Source of the DNA: Nitrospirota bacterium
Lineage (GTDB): Bacteria > Nitrospirota > UBA9217
Length of the DNA stretch: 64,000 nucleotides
Assembly: GCA_963663225.1 (NCBI GenBank)
Contig: OY760142.1
Span: 2,848,001-2,912,000 of the forward strand
Direction of reading: 5' to 3'
Position numbers and translations under genes: made by a program. This document shows positions 30,404 through 39,501 of the stretch, one piece after another. The notes under the pieces were generated by a model. That model worked only from the letters and a program-made list of their open reading frames with translations. It searched no databases and had not been told where the DNA came from. Positions within the stretch are counted from its first letter, which is position 1; the number at the start of each line of letters is the position of its first letter.

Positions 30404-31270
30404 TTAATTTTTCAATTTTGATCTTAGATTAAACTCTGGAAGAATAATGTTAATCTGGCTGCCGGGGAAAAAAGCGAAACCGCGTTCCGAATCTCTGGCG
30501 TGGATCCATTCAGGCAATATCGCACGTTTTGCGGTACCGGAACGAATCGAGAGACAGCCATCCCATTGTTTGATAAAACGCAGGACTGCAGGAAGCCCCT
30601 GCCCTCTCCCTGTATCTTCATACCGGGAGCCGCCTTGCAGGAGCGCTTTATCAATCGCTTCTAAATCGCCGCTCAGTTTGAATCTGCTTGAAAGGGACTT
30701 CCGAAAACCGATTCCGACATCCATAACTGCAATTTTTACGATATTCTTATTCAGGTGATGGTAGCGGTATTTCTGGATGCCCACAAAACCCTTGTTTTCG
30801 CTGTGTTCGATAATATTCTGGCATATTTCTGACAGGGCAACGATAAAACCGTCGATTGTACGCTCGTCATAATATAAATGCCGTTCAAGAATGGCCTGGG
30901 CACGTTCGCGCACTTTTCCGACGATAGAATGAATGTCGTTCGTCTTTTCGATTGGGGTGATTTCGAGCAACACATCGGAATCCGTGGTGTGTTGATACGC
31001 ACTGGTGAGGTTGAAAGAGGAATCTGCAAAGCTAAAATATCTGCGCGCAAAAGTGAAAAAATTCATACGTTCAAGATACAGGCAGACCTCCCGGGATTTT
31101 GGGAGGATCACGGTTTTCCTCACATCTTCGAGCATGCAGAGCTCCCCGATTTCGAGAAGCCCAAGCATGCCGAATGGGTCGATGAAGGAAATATCGCTCA
31201 GGTCAATCTGTTCAGAACGAATAAAAAAGCGGAGTACTTGCTCAAAGGTCTCTTCGGTGATTTGCTTCAT
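30404..31270 (-). CDS. STAS-like + GHKL (HATPase_c) protein, anti-sigma-type Ser kinase-like
   Basis: N-terminal 'IDLSDISFIDPFGMLGL'; N-box 'SEICQNIIEHS', G1 'DVGIGF', G2 'GRGQGL'; no HisKA H-box. Confidence 0.75.
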   Translation of the reverse strand: MKQITEETFEQVLRFFIRSEQIDLSDISFIDPFGMLGLLEIGELCMLEDVRKTVILPKSREVCLYLERMNFFTFARRYFSFADSSFNLTSAYQHTTDSDVLLEITPIEKTNDIHSIVGKVRERAQAILERHLYYDERTIDGFIVALSEICQNIIEHSENKGFVGIQKYRYHHLNKNIVKIAVMDVGIGFRKSLSSRFKLSGDLEAIDKALLQGGSRYEDTGRGQGLPAVLRFIKQWDGCLSIRSGTAKRAILPEWIHARDSERGFAFFPGSQINIILPEFNLRSKLKN

Positions 31271-31303
31271 AAAAGTCGAAGGGAAGTTGCAGACCTGGGA
31301 TTT

Positions 31304-31906
31304 TCAACGTTTTTTGCCGGACTTACCGGATTTAGACGAACCGCTTTTTGTTGAAGTCTTTTTTACAGTCTTTTTAGCTGTTTTTTTCGCAGCTTTTTTT
31401 ACGGTTATTTTTTTAGCAGTTTTTTTTGCATTTTTTTTCTTTGCTTTTTTCGTAGTCTTTTGTGTCTTGGGGCGTTCTTGTGCTTTTGCAACCGGGAATG
31501 CCGGACGTTTGAGAATTGCAGTTGTTGATTGCGGTGAAGATGTCGCTGCCGGTATTTGCAGCGGTTTCCGTTGTTCTGCAGGTTTTTCGGGAAGTATCCC
31601 CAGGATATCACGCTCCCGGACCAGCACTAATTCATTAGCATCTATCGTATGAGTCCTGCCTGCGAATCGTTCGTAGACAACTCGATCGCCCGGTTTTACC
31701 GTAGTCGCTATAAAACGTCGTTCCTTGTTCTGCTCTTTTTTCTTGAAGTGTTTTTCCTCTTCATACGCCCCCGGGCCGATAGCCAGTACAACGCCTTCAT
31801 ACGGTTTTTCCTTTGCCGCGTCAGGAATATATAACCCGCTCGCCGTAACTTCCTCTGCGGCAAACTGCCGGATTACAGCCCAGTCATGCAACGGTTGTAA
31901 CTTCAT
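31304..31906 (-). CDS. groES: GroES/Cpn10 domain with Lys/Ala-rich histone-H1-like C-terminal tail
   Basis: 'LQPLHDWAVI', mobile loop 'TASGLYIPDAAKEKP.EGVVLAIGPG', 'VKPGDRV', 'ERDILG'; tail of KK(T/A)AKK repeats. Confidence 0.8.
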   Translation of the reverse strand: MKLQPLHDWAVIRQFAAEEVTASGLYIPDAAKEKPYEGVVLAIGPGAYEEEKHFKKKEQNKERRFIATTVKPGDRVVYERFAGRTHTIDANELVLVRERDILGILPEKPAEQRKPLQIPAATSSPQSTTAILKRPAFPVAKAQERPKTQKTTKKAKKKNAKKTAKKITVKKAAKKTAKKTVKKTSTKSGSSKSGKSGKKR

Positions 31907-32005
31907 ACTATATCCTCCTTAAACAATAATAAATAAAACAGCCGTGAACTATATAGCAACAAAACAAATAAGCACGGATGTTTGTGCTCTGTTATCGAGA
32001 GATGA

Positions 32006-33760
32006 CTATAATTCCGCTGCAAGATCGGGGAATCGATCTTCCATGAAATTTTCTGCCGCTTTTCTTGCAAGAGCCGCAGTAGGTTGCTGCATAACAAGCG
32101 ATGCAAGTTCAACAGCGTCCTGCATGCGGACCGATCTGACGACTTTTTTAATCCAGGAAATCGAAGTGACATTCATACTGAGATATTCAAAACCCATGCC
32201 GATGAGAATCGCTGCATAGAGCGGATCGCCCGCCATTTCTCCGCACATGGCAAGCCGGACGTTTGCCTGATGTGCGGCGTCCGATACGCGCTGAAGCAGG
32301 CGCAAGACGGCAGGATCAAGGGGTTCATACATGTACGCAACATGCTCATTCAGACGATCGATCGCAAGTGTATATTGTATCAAATCATTGGTTCCGACGC
32401 TGAAGAACACAACTTCACGGGCAAGAACATCGGAAATTAAGGCGGCAGAAGGGACTTCAATCATGACTCCGATTCCGACATTTTCATCGAATGTCTTCCC
32501 CTGGGAACGAAGTTGAACTTTTATATCTTCAATGAGTTTTTTCGCCTCAAGAAGCTCCGAAAGAGAGGATATCATGGGAAGGAGAATTTTGATATTTCCA
32601 TGAGCGGTCGCGCGAAGAATGCCGCGAAGCTGCGTTTTAAACATTTCCCGTTTATGGAGACAGTAGCGGATGGCGCGGAGCCCGAGAGCCGGGTTCTCTT
32701 CTTTTTCGAATTCCCCGGATGTTGCAATCTTGTCACCGCCGATGTCAAAAGTCCGAATTACTACTTCGTTCGGAAAAGCTTTTTCCGCGACATGGCAATA
32801 TGCTTGATAGTGTTCCTCTTCGGTCGGCAGATTCCCTCTGTTCAAATACAGAAATTCCGTGCGATACAGTCCGATGCCGACTCCGCCATGGTCTGCTACT
32901 GAGGCGACTTCTTCCGGCAGTTCAATATTGCCTTGAATATGGATCACGTGGCCGTCGAGAGTGACGGCGGGAAGTGTTTTGAGCTTTTCGAGTTCCTGTT
33001 CAAAGTAAGTGTATTGTCTTTTCTTCTTCAGGTAATCCAGGAACGTCTTTTCATCCGGATCGACAATCACAACGCCGTGGATTCCATCAAGAATTATGAC
33101 ATCGCCGGTTTTAACTTCAGCAGTGATATTTTCAAGGCCGACGGCCGCGGGAATACCAAGGGAGCGCGCAAGAATAGCGGTATGAGACGTGCGGCTTCCA
33201 GCTTCAGTAACAAAACCGAGGATTTTATCCTTCCGCATCATCAGTGTATCGGAAGGCGCGAGGTCATGCGCAATTATTACGGCTTCTTCCTTAATATCCG
33301 CGAGACTTTCCTGCTCGTGGCCAAGCAGATTCCGGAGTATTCTTTCACCAACCTGCTCCACGTCATGTTTGCGTTCGCGCAAGTATTCATCTTCAATCAG
33401 ATCAAAATTATGGCTGATGGCGGTAATCGTTTCCTTCAGAGCCCCTTCTGCATTAACAAGGGAATTTTTGATCCACGTGACGGCATCTTCTATCAATTTC
33501 TTATCATCAAGCAGCATGATGTGTGTATCGAGAATATACAAATGTGATTTGCCAAGCCCTTTGCTGATGCGGTTTTTTAGGTCTTGCAGTTGTTTTTTGG
33601 ATGCTTCAACTGCGTTTTTAAACCGAAGAATCTCCTCCTTGACATTCCCTTCCTGGATCCTTCGTCCGGCGATAACCACTTTTCGACGATCAAGCAAGTA
33701 TGCACGGCCTATAACGATACCCGGCGATGCTACAATTCCTTTATGTATTCTTTCTTGCAT
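32006..33760 (-). CDS. ptsI: PTS enzyme I
   Basis: Phospho-His 'GSRTSHTAILARS', 'GIGLYRTEFL', 'ENPALGLRAIR', 'SVGTNDLIQY'. Confidence 0.97.
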   Translation of the reverse strand: MQERIHKGIVASPGIVIGRAYLLDRRKVVIAGRRIQEGNVKEEILRFKNAVEASKKQLQDLKNRISKGLGKSHLYILDTHIMLLDDKKLIEDAVTWIKNSLVNAEGALKETITAISHNFDLIEDEYLRERKHDVEQVGERILRNLLGHEQESLADIKEEAVIIAHDLAPSDTLMMRKDKILGFVTEAGSRTSHTAILARSLGIPAAVGLENITAEVKTGDVIILDGIHGVVIVDPDEKTFLDYLKKKRQYTYFEQELEKLKTLPAVTLDGHVIHIQGNIELPEEVASVADHGGVGIGLYRTEFLYLNRGNLPTEEEHYQAYCHVAEKAFPNEVVIRTFDIGGDKIATSGEFEKEENPALGLRAIRYCLHKREMFKTQLRGILRATAHGNIKILLPMISSLSELLEAKKLIEDIKVQLRSQGKTFDENVGIGVMIEVPSAALISDVLAREVVFFSVGTNDLIQYTLAIDRLNEHVAYMYEPLDPAVLRLLQRVSDAAHQANVRLAMCGEMAGDPLYAAILIGMGFEYLSMNVTSISWIKKVVRSVRMQDAVELASLVMQQPTAALARKAAENFMEDRFPDLAAEL

Positions 33761-33780
33761 ATCTCTCCGTAGAGTGTTCG

Positions 33781-34050
33781 CTATTCTTTTTCGCCAAATT
33801 TATTTTTAAAGAGCACCTCAAGCCCTTCGACTGCTTTGTCTTCGTCTTCGCCGTGCGCGCTGATGGCAACGATACATCCTTTTGCTGCGGCAAGCATCAT
33901 AATGCCCATAATACTTTTACCATCCACTTCAATGCCGTTTTTGATGAGCGATATTTTTGAAGAATACATGCTTGAGCACTTCACAATCTGAGCCGCAGCC
34001 CGTGCGTGCAGGCCAAGTTTGTTTTCTATCAAAAGGTCTTTTTTCTTCAT
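33781..34050 (-). CDS. ptsH: Phosphocarrier HPr
   Basis: 'NKLGLHARAA' (His15), 'DGKSIMGIM' (Ser46); start coupled to the IID stop (TGATG). Confidence 0.95.
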   Translation of the reverse strand: MKKKDLLIENKLGLHARAAAQIVKCSSMYSSKISLIKNGIEVDGKSIMGIMMLAAAKGCIVAISAHGEDEDKAVEGLEVLFKNKFGEKE

Positions 34051-34835
34051 CAAATGACTCCTGTGTATGATAAAATAAGGCAGCATACAGCCAACCCCAG
34101 CATCAGTTTTACCGGGGTTCCGCCCCGTTGCAACAGAACACTCAAAATCAAGGTGGATGCCAGGCCCAGCAACAGCAACACCATGTTTGAAACTCCTACT
34201 GTCGGTTTAAATGCCGGCTGCCAAACGGGTAAAGCACCCAGCATGCCGCCGAGTACGCAGAGCGAAATCACCTTAAACCGCTTCGCCAATCGCGTAAAAC
34301 GATAACGGTTCATAAGATCGACCGCATCGCCGCTGCTCATATATCCCCAGTACAACGCAAAAAATCTGAGCCCTAAGTGCCATGTATTATACATAAAAAG
34401 AAATAAAAACGGCGCCCACCAGACCCCGGTAATAAGGAACGCTGCAGCCACAACAGCAGCCATCGGTTTCAGTGAACCCCAAAAGAAACTATCGCCGAGC
34501 GCCCCGAGCGGCGCCATGAGCGAAGACTTGAGACCGGCAACATCTGCACTCGTATTGTGTCCGGAAGCACGGTCTTGCTCCAACCGTACTGACGCACCAA
34601 GGATGAAAGAGGCAAGATACGGTTGGGTGTTAAAATAACTCATGTGCAGTTTCAAGCGGGCTTCGTATTCCGCTTTGTCGGAATAGAGCTTTTTCAGAAC
34701 CGGTTCAATAGCGTATGCGAAACCCAATGATTGCATTCGTTCAAAGCTCCATGACGCCTGAAGCAGCAACGACCTGCAGAAAACAGCGAGCAAAAATTTA
34801 TTTCTTATTTTTTTATCAGTGCGTTTCACGTTCAC
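34050..34835 (-). CDS. PTS mannose-class EIID
   Basis: 'LQASWSFERMQSLGFAY', 'FNTQPY', 'PLGALGDSFFW'. Confidence 0.92.
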   Translation of the reverse strand: MNVKRTDKKIRNKFLLAVFCRSLLLQASWSFERMQSLGFAYAIEPVLKKLYSDKAEYEARLKLHMSYFNTQPYLASFILGASVRLEQDRASGHNTSADVAGLKSSLMAPLGALGDSFFWGSLKPMAAVVAAAFLITGVWWAPFLFLFMYNTWHLGLRFFALYWGYMSSGDAVDLMNRYRFTRLAKRFKVISLCVLGGMLGALPVWQPAFKPTVGVSNMVLLLLGLASTLILSVLLQRGGTPVKLMLGLAVCCLILSYTGVI

Positions 34836-35604
34836 TGTATTTCGCTCCCAATAATCCCCCTGCTGTGGTCATTGCTATGAGAACAACAGCAGGAGCATGG
34901 AAAAACTGCCCCAGCGTAACGGCAAGAATGAATCCCGCCAGAAAAACAGCATCAAAGGTTTTGATTGAAAGTTTCCGTATAATTATAGCTATCCCCAGAA
35001 ACGGAAGAATTTTAATATAAAATGACGATGCACGGTGGATATATTCCGGACATTGAGCAAAAATCGTCACCAATACAAGTCCTACGGGGAGGAAAAAAAG
35101 ATAGAGTATGAATGATTTCAAGTAAAATGCCGCAAGCCCCAGCAAGTGGGCTTTGGTCAAAGCATGGCCGACCTTTTCACCCGAAACGTCGGTTACCACA
35201 CCACCCAGCCCGGCAGTCCATTTACGAAGAGTAGTATCTGCCCACATCGTTATCGGAACCATACCAGTCGTCAAAAGCAGGCAAAAACCGACCACGGAAA
35301 GAGGAGCAGAACCGTTGCTTCCCAGCGAAGCGATTGCCGTTGCGGCTATTGAACTGATCGTTGAGTTTGCAGGGACAAAACTGCCGACCGGCATATCGAG
35401 AACCCATATCAACTCAAGAACAGTTCCGATGATGATGCCGGTCATCGGATCGCCGAGGATCCATCCCACGAGCGGTCCTGCTACTATAGGCTGGGAGAGC
35501 ATAAATTGGCCCAGTGCTGTTCTGTCAAGCCCTATGAGGCCTCCGATGCCTGCGATACCAACTATTGCAAGAAGCATATGGGCGTCGAATAATTGCAAGA
35601 CCAT
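34816..35604 (-). CDS. PTS mannose-class EIIC
   Basis: 'SQPIVAGPLVGWILGD...G...G.VLELIW...PVG'; polytopic membrane protein. Confidence 0.88.
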   Translation of the reverse strand: MVLQLFDAHMLLAIVGIAGIGGLIGLDRTALGQFMLSQPIVAGPLVGWILGDPMTGIIIGTVLELIWVLDMPVGSFVPANSTISSIAATAIASLGSNGSAPLSVVGFCLLLTTGMVPITMWADTTLRKWTAGLGGVVTDVSGEKVGHALTKAHLLGLAAFYLKSFILYLFFLPVGLVLVTIFAQCPEYIHRASSFYIKILPFLGIAIIIRKLSIKTFDAVFLAGFILAVTLGQFFHAPAVVLIAMTTAGGLLGAKYSERETH

Positions 35605-35649
35605 ATCACGAGTCCTTTTGAGAATTCAGCAATCCACAGTTGCTTCTCT

Positions 35650-36138
35650 TCAGCGCCGCGACAGACAGTGAGACACTGCTTCGAAGTGCAGTGGCTTTTG
35701 CGTCGGCACTGTCTGGATATCAACCTGAATTCCGCGTGCTGCAATTTCCTTTAATGCGTTCAGATCCGTTTCATCAACTGCAAGTATATTTAAGAGTTTT
35801 TGTTTTCCCGGCTCATAATGCATTCCGCCGATATTGAGCATTGAGCATTCCAATCCGGCTTTCAGTGCATGCAGGACAGCAGTGGGATTTGAAAACAGAA
35901 GAATGACACGTTCGGCATCAAAAACAGAAGTCATCAGTTGCCTGCAAATCTCATCAACACTGCCAATAACAACTTTGAGCCCTTGCGGCACCGCCAGTTC
36001 CATGATGGAACGCTGAAGAACATTGGACGCCACTGCATCATCAGCTACCAGGATACAAGTCGCTTTTAAAAAATTCACCCAGCCTTCCACCACCTGGCCG
36101 TGTATCAGACGATCGTCTATACGGTTCAAAACTATCAT
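35650..36138 (-). CDS. PTS mannose-class EIIB
   Basis: 'RIDDRLIHGQVVEGW', 'LNIGGMH'. Confidence 0.93.
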   Translation of the reverse strand: MIVLNRIDDRLIHGQVVEGWVNFLKATCILVADDAVASNVLQRSIMELAVPQGLKVVIGSVDEICRQLMTSVFDAERVILLFSNPTAVLHALKAGLECSMLNIGGMHYEPGKQKLLNILAVDETDLNALKEIAARGIQVDIQTVPTQKPLHFEAVSHCLSRR

Positions 36139-36143
36139 AGGAA

Positions 36144-36545
36144 TTACTTTTTCCCCTTCAGCATGTGGCTGGCGATCACGATACTTTTTTGAGCTGCTTC
36201 CTGGACAAGCTTCGCGAGCTCAGAGAGGTTTTTTTCTTCCCGGTGGTTGGCAAATTTGATAAGCATGGAAAGGTTCACCCCGGTGACGACTTCAATTGTT
36301 TCTCCGAGAAAAGCAAGGGCTATATTAGACGGAGTGCCTCCGAACATGTCGGTGAAAAGCATGACGCCTTTTTTATGGTCTACTTCTTTAATGGCAGCCT
36401 GCAATTCTTCTCTGAGCGCATCAGGAGCGCTCTCTTGCTTCACACTGACCGTTGCCACCGCATCGATTTTCCCAACAATCATTTCTGCGGCTTTCAGCAA
36501 CTCGGCTCCCATTTCTTCATGACACACCATCACAAGTCCGATCAT
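36144..36545 (-). CDS. PTS mannose-class EIIA
   Basis: 'VMVCH', 'TDMFGGTPSN', 'TGVNLSML'. Confidence 0.93.
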   Translation of the reverse strand: MIGLVMVCHEEMGAELLKAAEMIVGKIDAVATVSVKQESAPDALREELQAAIKEVDHKKGVMLFTDMFGGTPSNIALAFLGETIEVVTGVNLSMLIKFANHREEKNLSELAKLVQEAAQKSIVIASHMLKGKK

Positions 36546-36608
36546 GTTTCCCTCTCCTTTAATCCCGGATTGCTTTTTCAGGCAACCTGTATTCCGAACT
36601 GCACGCCA

Positions 36609-37463
36609 TTACACGCCGATATCCCGATGTTTGATATTTACATCATAACCGCTCTCTTTTAAACGGTCAGCAATCAAAAGGGAAACAGCAACGGAACGAT
36701 GCCGCCCTCCGGTGCATCCAAGACCGATTGTGAGATAACTTTTCCCCTCGCTCCGATAACGAGGGAGAAGAAATTCGATAAAATCCATCAGCTTATCTAA
36801 AAATTTACCGGTGTCCGGGTGGGCCGTTATGAAATCCCTTACCACCTGGGACATGCCGGTATAGGGCCTCAGATGGGGATCAAAATGAGGATTCGGGAGA
36901 AATCTGAGGTCAAACAGGAGATCCAACTCATAGGGAATGCCGAATTTATACCCGAAGGATACCAGTGTAATCACCATGGGTCTGCTGATATCAACTTCTG
37001 AATAGTGTCGTTCTATCGTCTGTCGCAGATCGTGGACCGTATAGTCGGACGTATCGACAATGCGGTCGGCTAATTTTTTTACTTCGGCAAGTGCTTCGCG
37101 TTCTTTCCTGATGGCGTCCAAAAGAGGCGTCAGGCCCCCTGCCAGGGGATGCGGTCTTCTTGTTTCACTGAAACGTCGCACAATCGTTTGATCGGACGCG
37201 TCAAGGAACAGCATTTCGATGGAATTGCCCTGCGCTTTTAACTCGTGATACAGGACAGGAAAACGATCAGGAAAACCTTTTTCCCTGATATCAATGCCGA
37301 TAGCAGAACGGACGGCATCATTAGATTTTTTTGCAAAATCAACAAAAGCCGAAAGCAACGCAAGAGGAAGGTTGTCCACACAGTAAAAGCCCGTATCTTC
37401 AAAAGCCTTCAGTGCTGCGCTCCGGCCAGATCCTGACAGTCCTGTGACAACAATCATGTGCAT
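36609..37463 (-). CDS. rapZ: RNase adaptor RapZ
   Basis: 'TGLSGSGRS...FED.GFYCVDNLP', 'SFGYKFG', 'RFLPNP', 'GCTGGRHRSV'. Confidence 0.96.
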   Translation of the reverse strand: MHMIVVTGLSGSGRSAALKAFEDTGFYCVDNLPLALLSAFVDFAKKSNDAVRSAIGIDIREKGFPDRFPVLYHELKAQGNSIEMLFLDASDQTIVRRFSETRRPHPLAGGLTPLLDAIRKEREALAEVKKLADRIVDTSDYTVHDLRQTIERHYSEVDISRPMVITLVSFGYKFGIPYELDLLFDLRFLPNPHFDPHLRPYTGMSQVVRDFITAHPDTGKFLDKLMDFIEFLLPRYRSEGKSYLTIGLGCTGGRHRSVAVSLLIADRLKESGYDVNIKHRDIGV

Positions 37464-37467
37464 ACGT

Positions 37468-38352
37468 TTATTCCATCAGCTTCTTTCTCAGTTTTTTTTC
37501 GACTTCCCTGGCAGTATAAATTCCCTGATGTTTTAACTTTTGATTTCTTACAGCAACTTCAATAAGGGTGGCCATATTTCTACCCTGCTTTACTGCAAGC
37601 TTGAGATACGGCAAACTGCCTCCCAGCAGACGATAGCGTTGTTCCCGCAGACCGACCAAGACACCGTGTTCTCCTGGCTGCCATTCTTCAAGTTCGATTA
37701 CCATGCCGATCCTGGACGAACCGAGTGTTGCCGACTCGCCATATAATGCACGGATATCGATAATACCGAGTCCCCGAATCTGCAGGAGGCCGGCGCCCAA
37801 ACTGACTGGCCTTCCGGTTAGTTCTTTGCCGGCTTTTTCAATAACCACCAAATCATCTGCTACAAGTTTGTGCCCCCGAAGAACCAAATCAAGGGCGGTT
37901 TCACTCTTGCCGACGGCGCTTTTCCCTATGATGAGTGTGCCGACTTCAAAAACTTGCACCAGCACTCCGTGAAGGCTTATCTGTGAGGAGAGCTTTTCAA
38001 CCAGGATGCGTGACAATCTTTGCATATTTCCGGTTTTTATAACCGGAATATTCGCCGCATCAGCTCGGAGCAGAAGTTCTTTACATGTTTTAGCGCTGCT
38101 GAGTACGATGCAGGCCGGTCTTTGTTCAACGATTATTTGTGCAAGTTGAGACCGCTTGGATCGTTGCAGCGAACAGAGATATGCTTCCTGACTTGGACGA
38201 ATATGAACAGCATGTGATGCCCATCCTCGTTTTCCCATATGAAACGAGAGGTCGGGTGCAAGTATCTGAGCAGATTTGATGACTTTCTTTAAGCCGGAGT
38301 GTCCCGCAAGAATGGGGGAGCCTTCTCCCAAGGTTTTTACCGTAATATTCAT
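37468..38352 (-). CDS. hprK: HPr kinase/phosphorylase
   Basis: 'LHGVLV', 'GKSAVGKSETALDL..RGHKLVADD', 'IRGLGII', 'GRNMA'. Confidence 0.92.
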   Translation of the reverse strand: MNITVKTLGEGSPILAGHSGLKKVIKSAQILAPDLSFHMGKRGWASHAVHIRPSQEAYLCSLQRSKRSQLAQIIVEQRPACIVLSSAKTCKELLLRADAANIPVIKTGNMQRLSRILVEKLSSQISLHGVLVQVFEVGTLIIGKSAVGKSETALDLVLRGHKLVADDLVVIEKAGKELTGRPVSLGAGLLQIRGLGIIDIRALYGESATLGSSRIGMVIELEEWQPGEHGVLVGLREQRYRLLGGSLPYLKLAVKQGRNMATLIEVAVRNQKLKHQGIYTAREVEKKLRKKLME

Positions 38353-38840
38353 TTATGCTGAATATCCTGGGGTTGCGGGTATTTATTGTCTTCCTCGAAT
38401 ATGAGCCGTTGAATCTGTTCCCGTTGAGAAACCTGTTTCAAATTTTCACGGAGAAGAGGATTCTTCAATATGCGCGATATCCTGGCAAGGGCCTTCAGAT
38501 GGTCTCCCGGCTTGTCATCAGGCGTTATCAAAAGAAAAAAAAGAAATACCGGTTTTTCATCTACCGATTGAAAATCAACGCCTGTGCTTGACCTGCCGAA
38601 TGCAACGATCATCTCCGGCAGAAGGTGTAATTTGGCATGAGGGATCGCCACACCGTCACCTATGCCCGTCGTGCCTATTGCTTCGCGCTCGGTCAGAAGT
38701 TTTACCAGTTCTTCCTCGTCTTGTATTCTCCCTGTTGATTTGAGGAGTCTCGAAAATTCTCGGATAACCCCCTGCTTGTCGGTCGACGCGATCGTCTCAA
38801 TAACAAGATCCTGATGCAGCATGTCACTGATTGTGGCCAT
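38349..38840 (-). CDS. ptsN: PTS EIIA-Ntr-like protein
   Basis: 'RE..GTTGIGDGVAIPHAK', 'HLKALARISR'. Confidence 0.92.
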   Translation of the reverse strand: MATISDMLHQDLVIETIASTDKQGVIREFSRLLKSTGRIQDEEELVKLLTEREAIGTTGIGDGVAIPHAKLHLLPEMIVAFGRSSTGVDFQSVDEKPVFLFFLLITPDDKPGDHLKALARISRILKNPLLRENLKQVSQREQIQRLIFEEDNKYPQPQDIQHK

Positions 38841-38851
38841 GACTTTTTCCT

Positions 38852-39385
38852 TTAGGCAGCAGGTTCGATAAGTCCCACATTGCCGTCTTTTCTCCGGTAA
38901 ATGACGCTAATATGACCGCTGGCAGCATTGGAGAAAATAAAGAAGTCCTTATCCAAAAGATCCATCTGCATAACCGCCTCATCGGGCAGCATCGGCTTCA
39001 AATCAAAGCGTTTTATCTTGATAATTTGCGGAATGCGGTCCTCAGGTGAAAAAGCAGCCGATCCCGTTGCAGCCTCTGCCTTATTGGTCAAATGCTTATG
39101 GTCTACTAACTTTTCTTTATATTTTCTGGCCCTTCTTTCAATCTTTTCAATGAGCAGATCAATCGCGGAATACATCTCTTCTGTTTCTTCAGAAGCCTGT
39201 ATCAACAAACCTTTCGACTTGATAACTGCTTCTGCAAAATGATGGACTTTTTTCACAACTGATAACGTAACCACGACCTGAACAGCATTGGGAAGGTATT
39301 TTTCCAACCGGCTGAATTTCTCTGTCGCATACTGTTTGAGAGCATCCGTTACTTCAATGTTTTTTCCCAAGACGGTAACCTGCAT
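38852..39385 (-). CDS. hpf: Long ribosome hibernation promoting factor
   Basis: 'MQVTVLGKNIEVTDALKQY', 'MYSAID', C-terminal 'KPM..DEAVMQM...VIYRRKDG'; start at 39385 with GAGGAGG SD. Confidence 0.93.
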   Translation of the reverse strand: MQVTVLGKNIEVTDALKQYATEKFSRLEKYLPNAVQVVVTLSVVKKVHHFAEAVIKSKGLLIQASEETEEMYSAIDLLIEKIERRARKYKEKLVDHKHLTNKAEAATGSAAFSPEDRIPQIIKIKRFDLKPMLPDEAVMQMDLLDKDFFIFSNAASGHISVIYRRKDGNVGLIEPAA

Positions 39386-39501
39386 ATGTTTTTCCTCCTC
39401 ATTGTTGAAATCACATCCAACTGTCCGACTGTCAAAAGTCGCGATGCATCTACTATAATCGGGCACAGAAGCTTGTAATGTATAAACTACTTACTTTAAT
39501 T

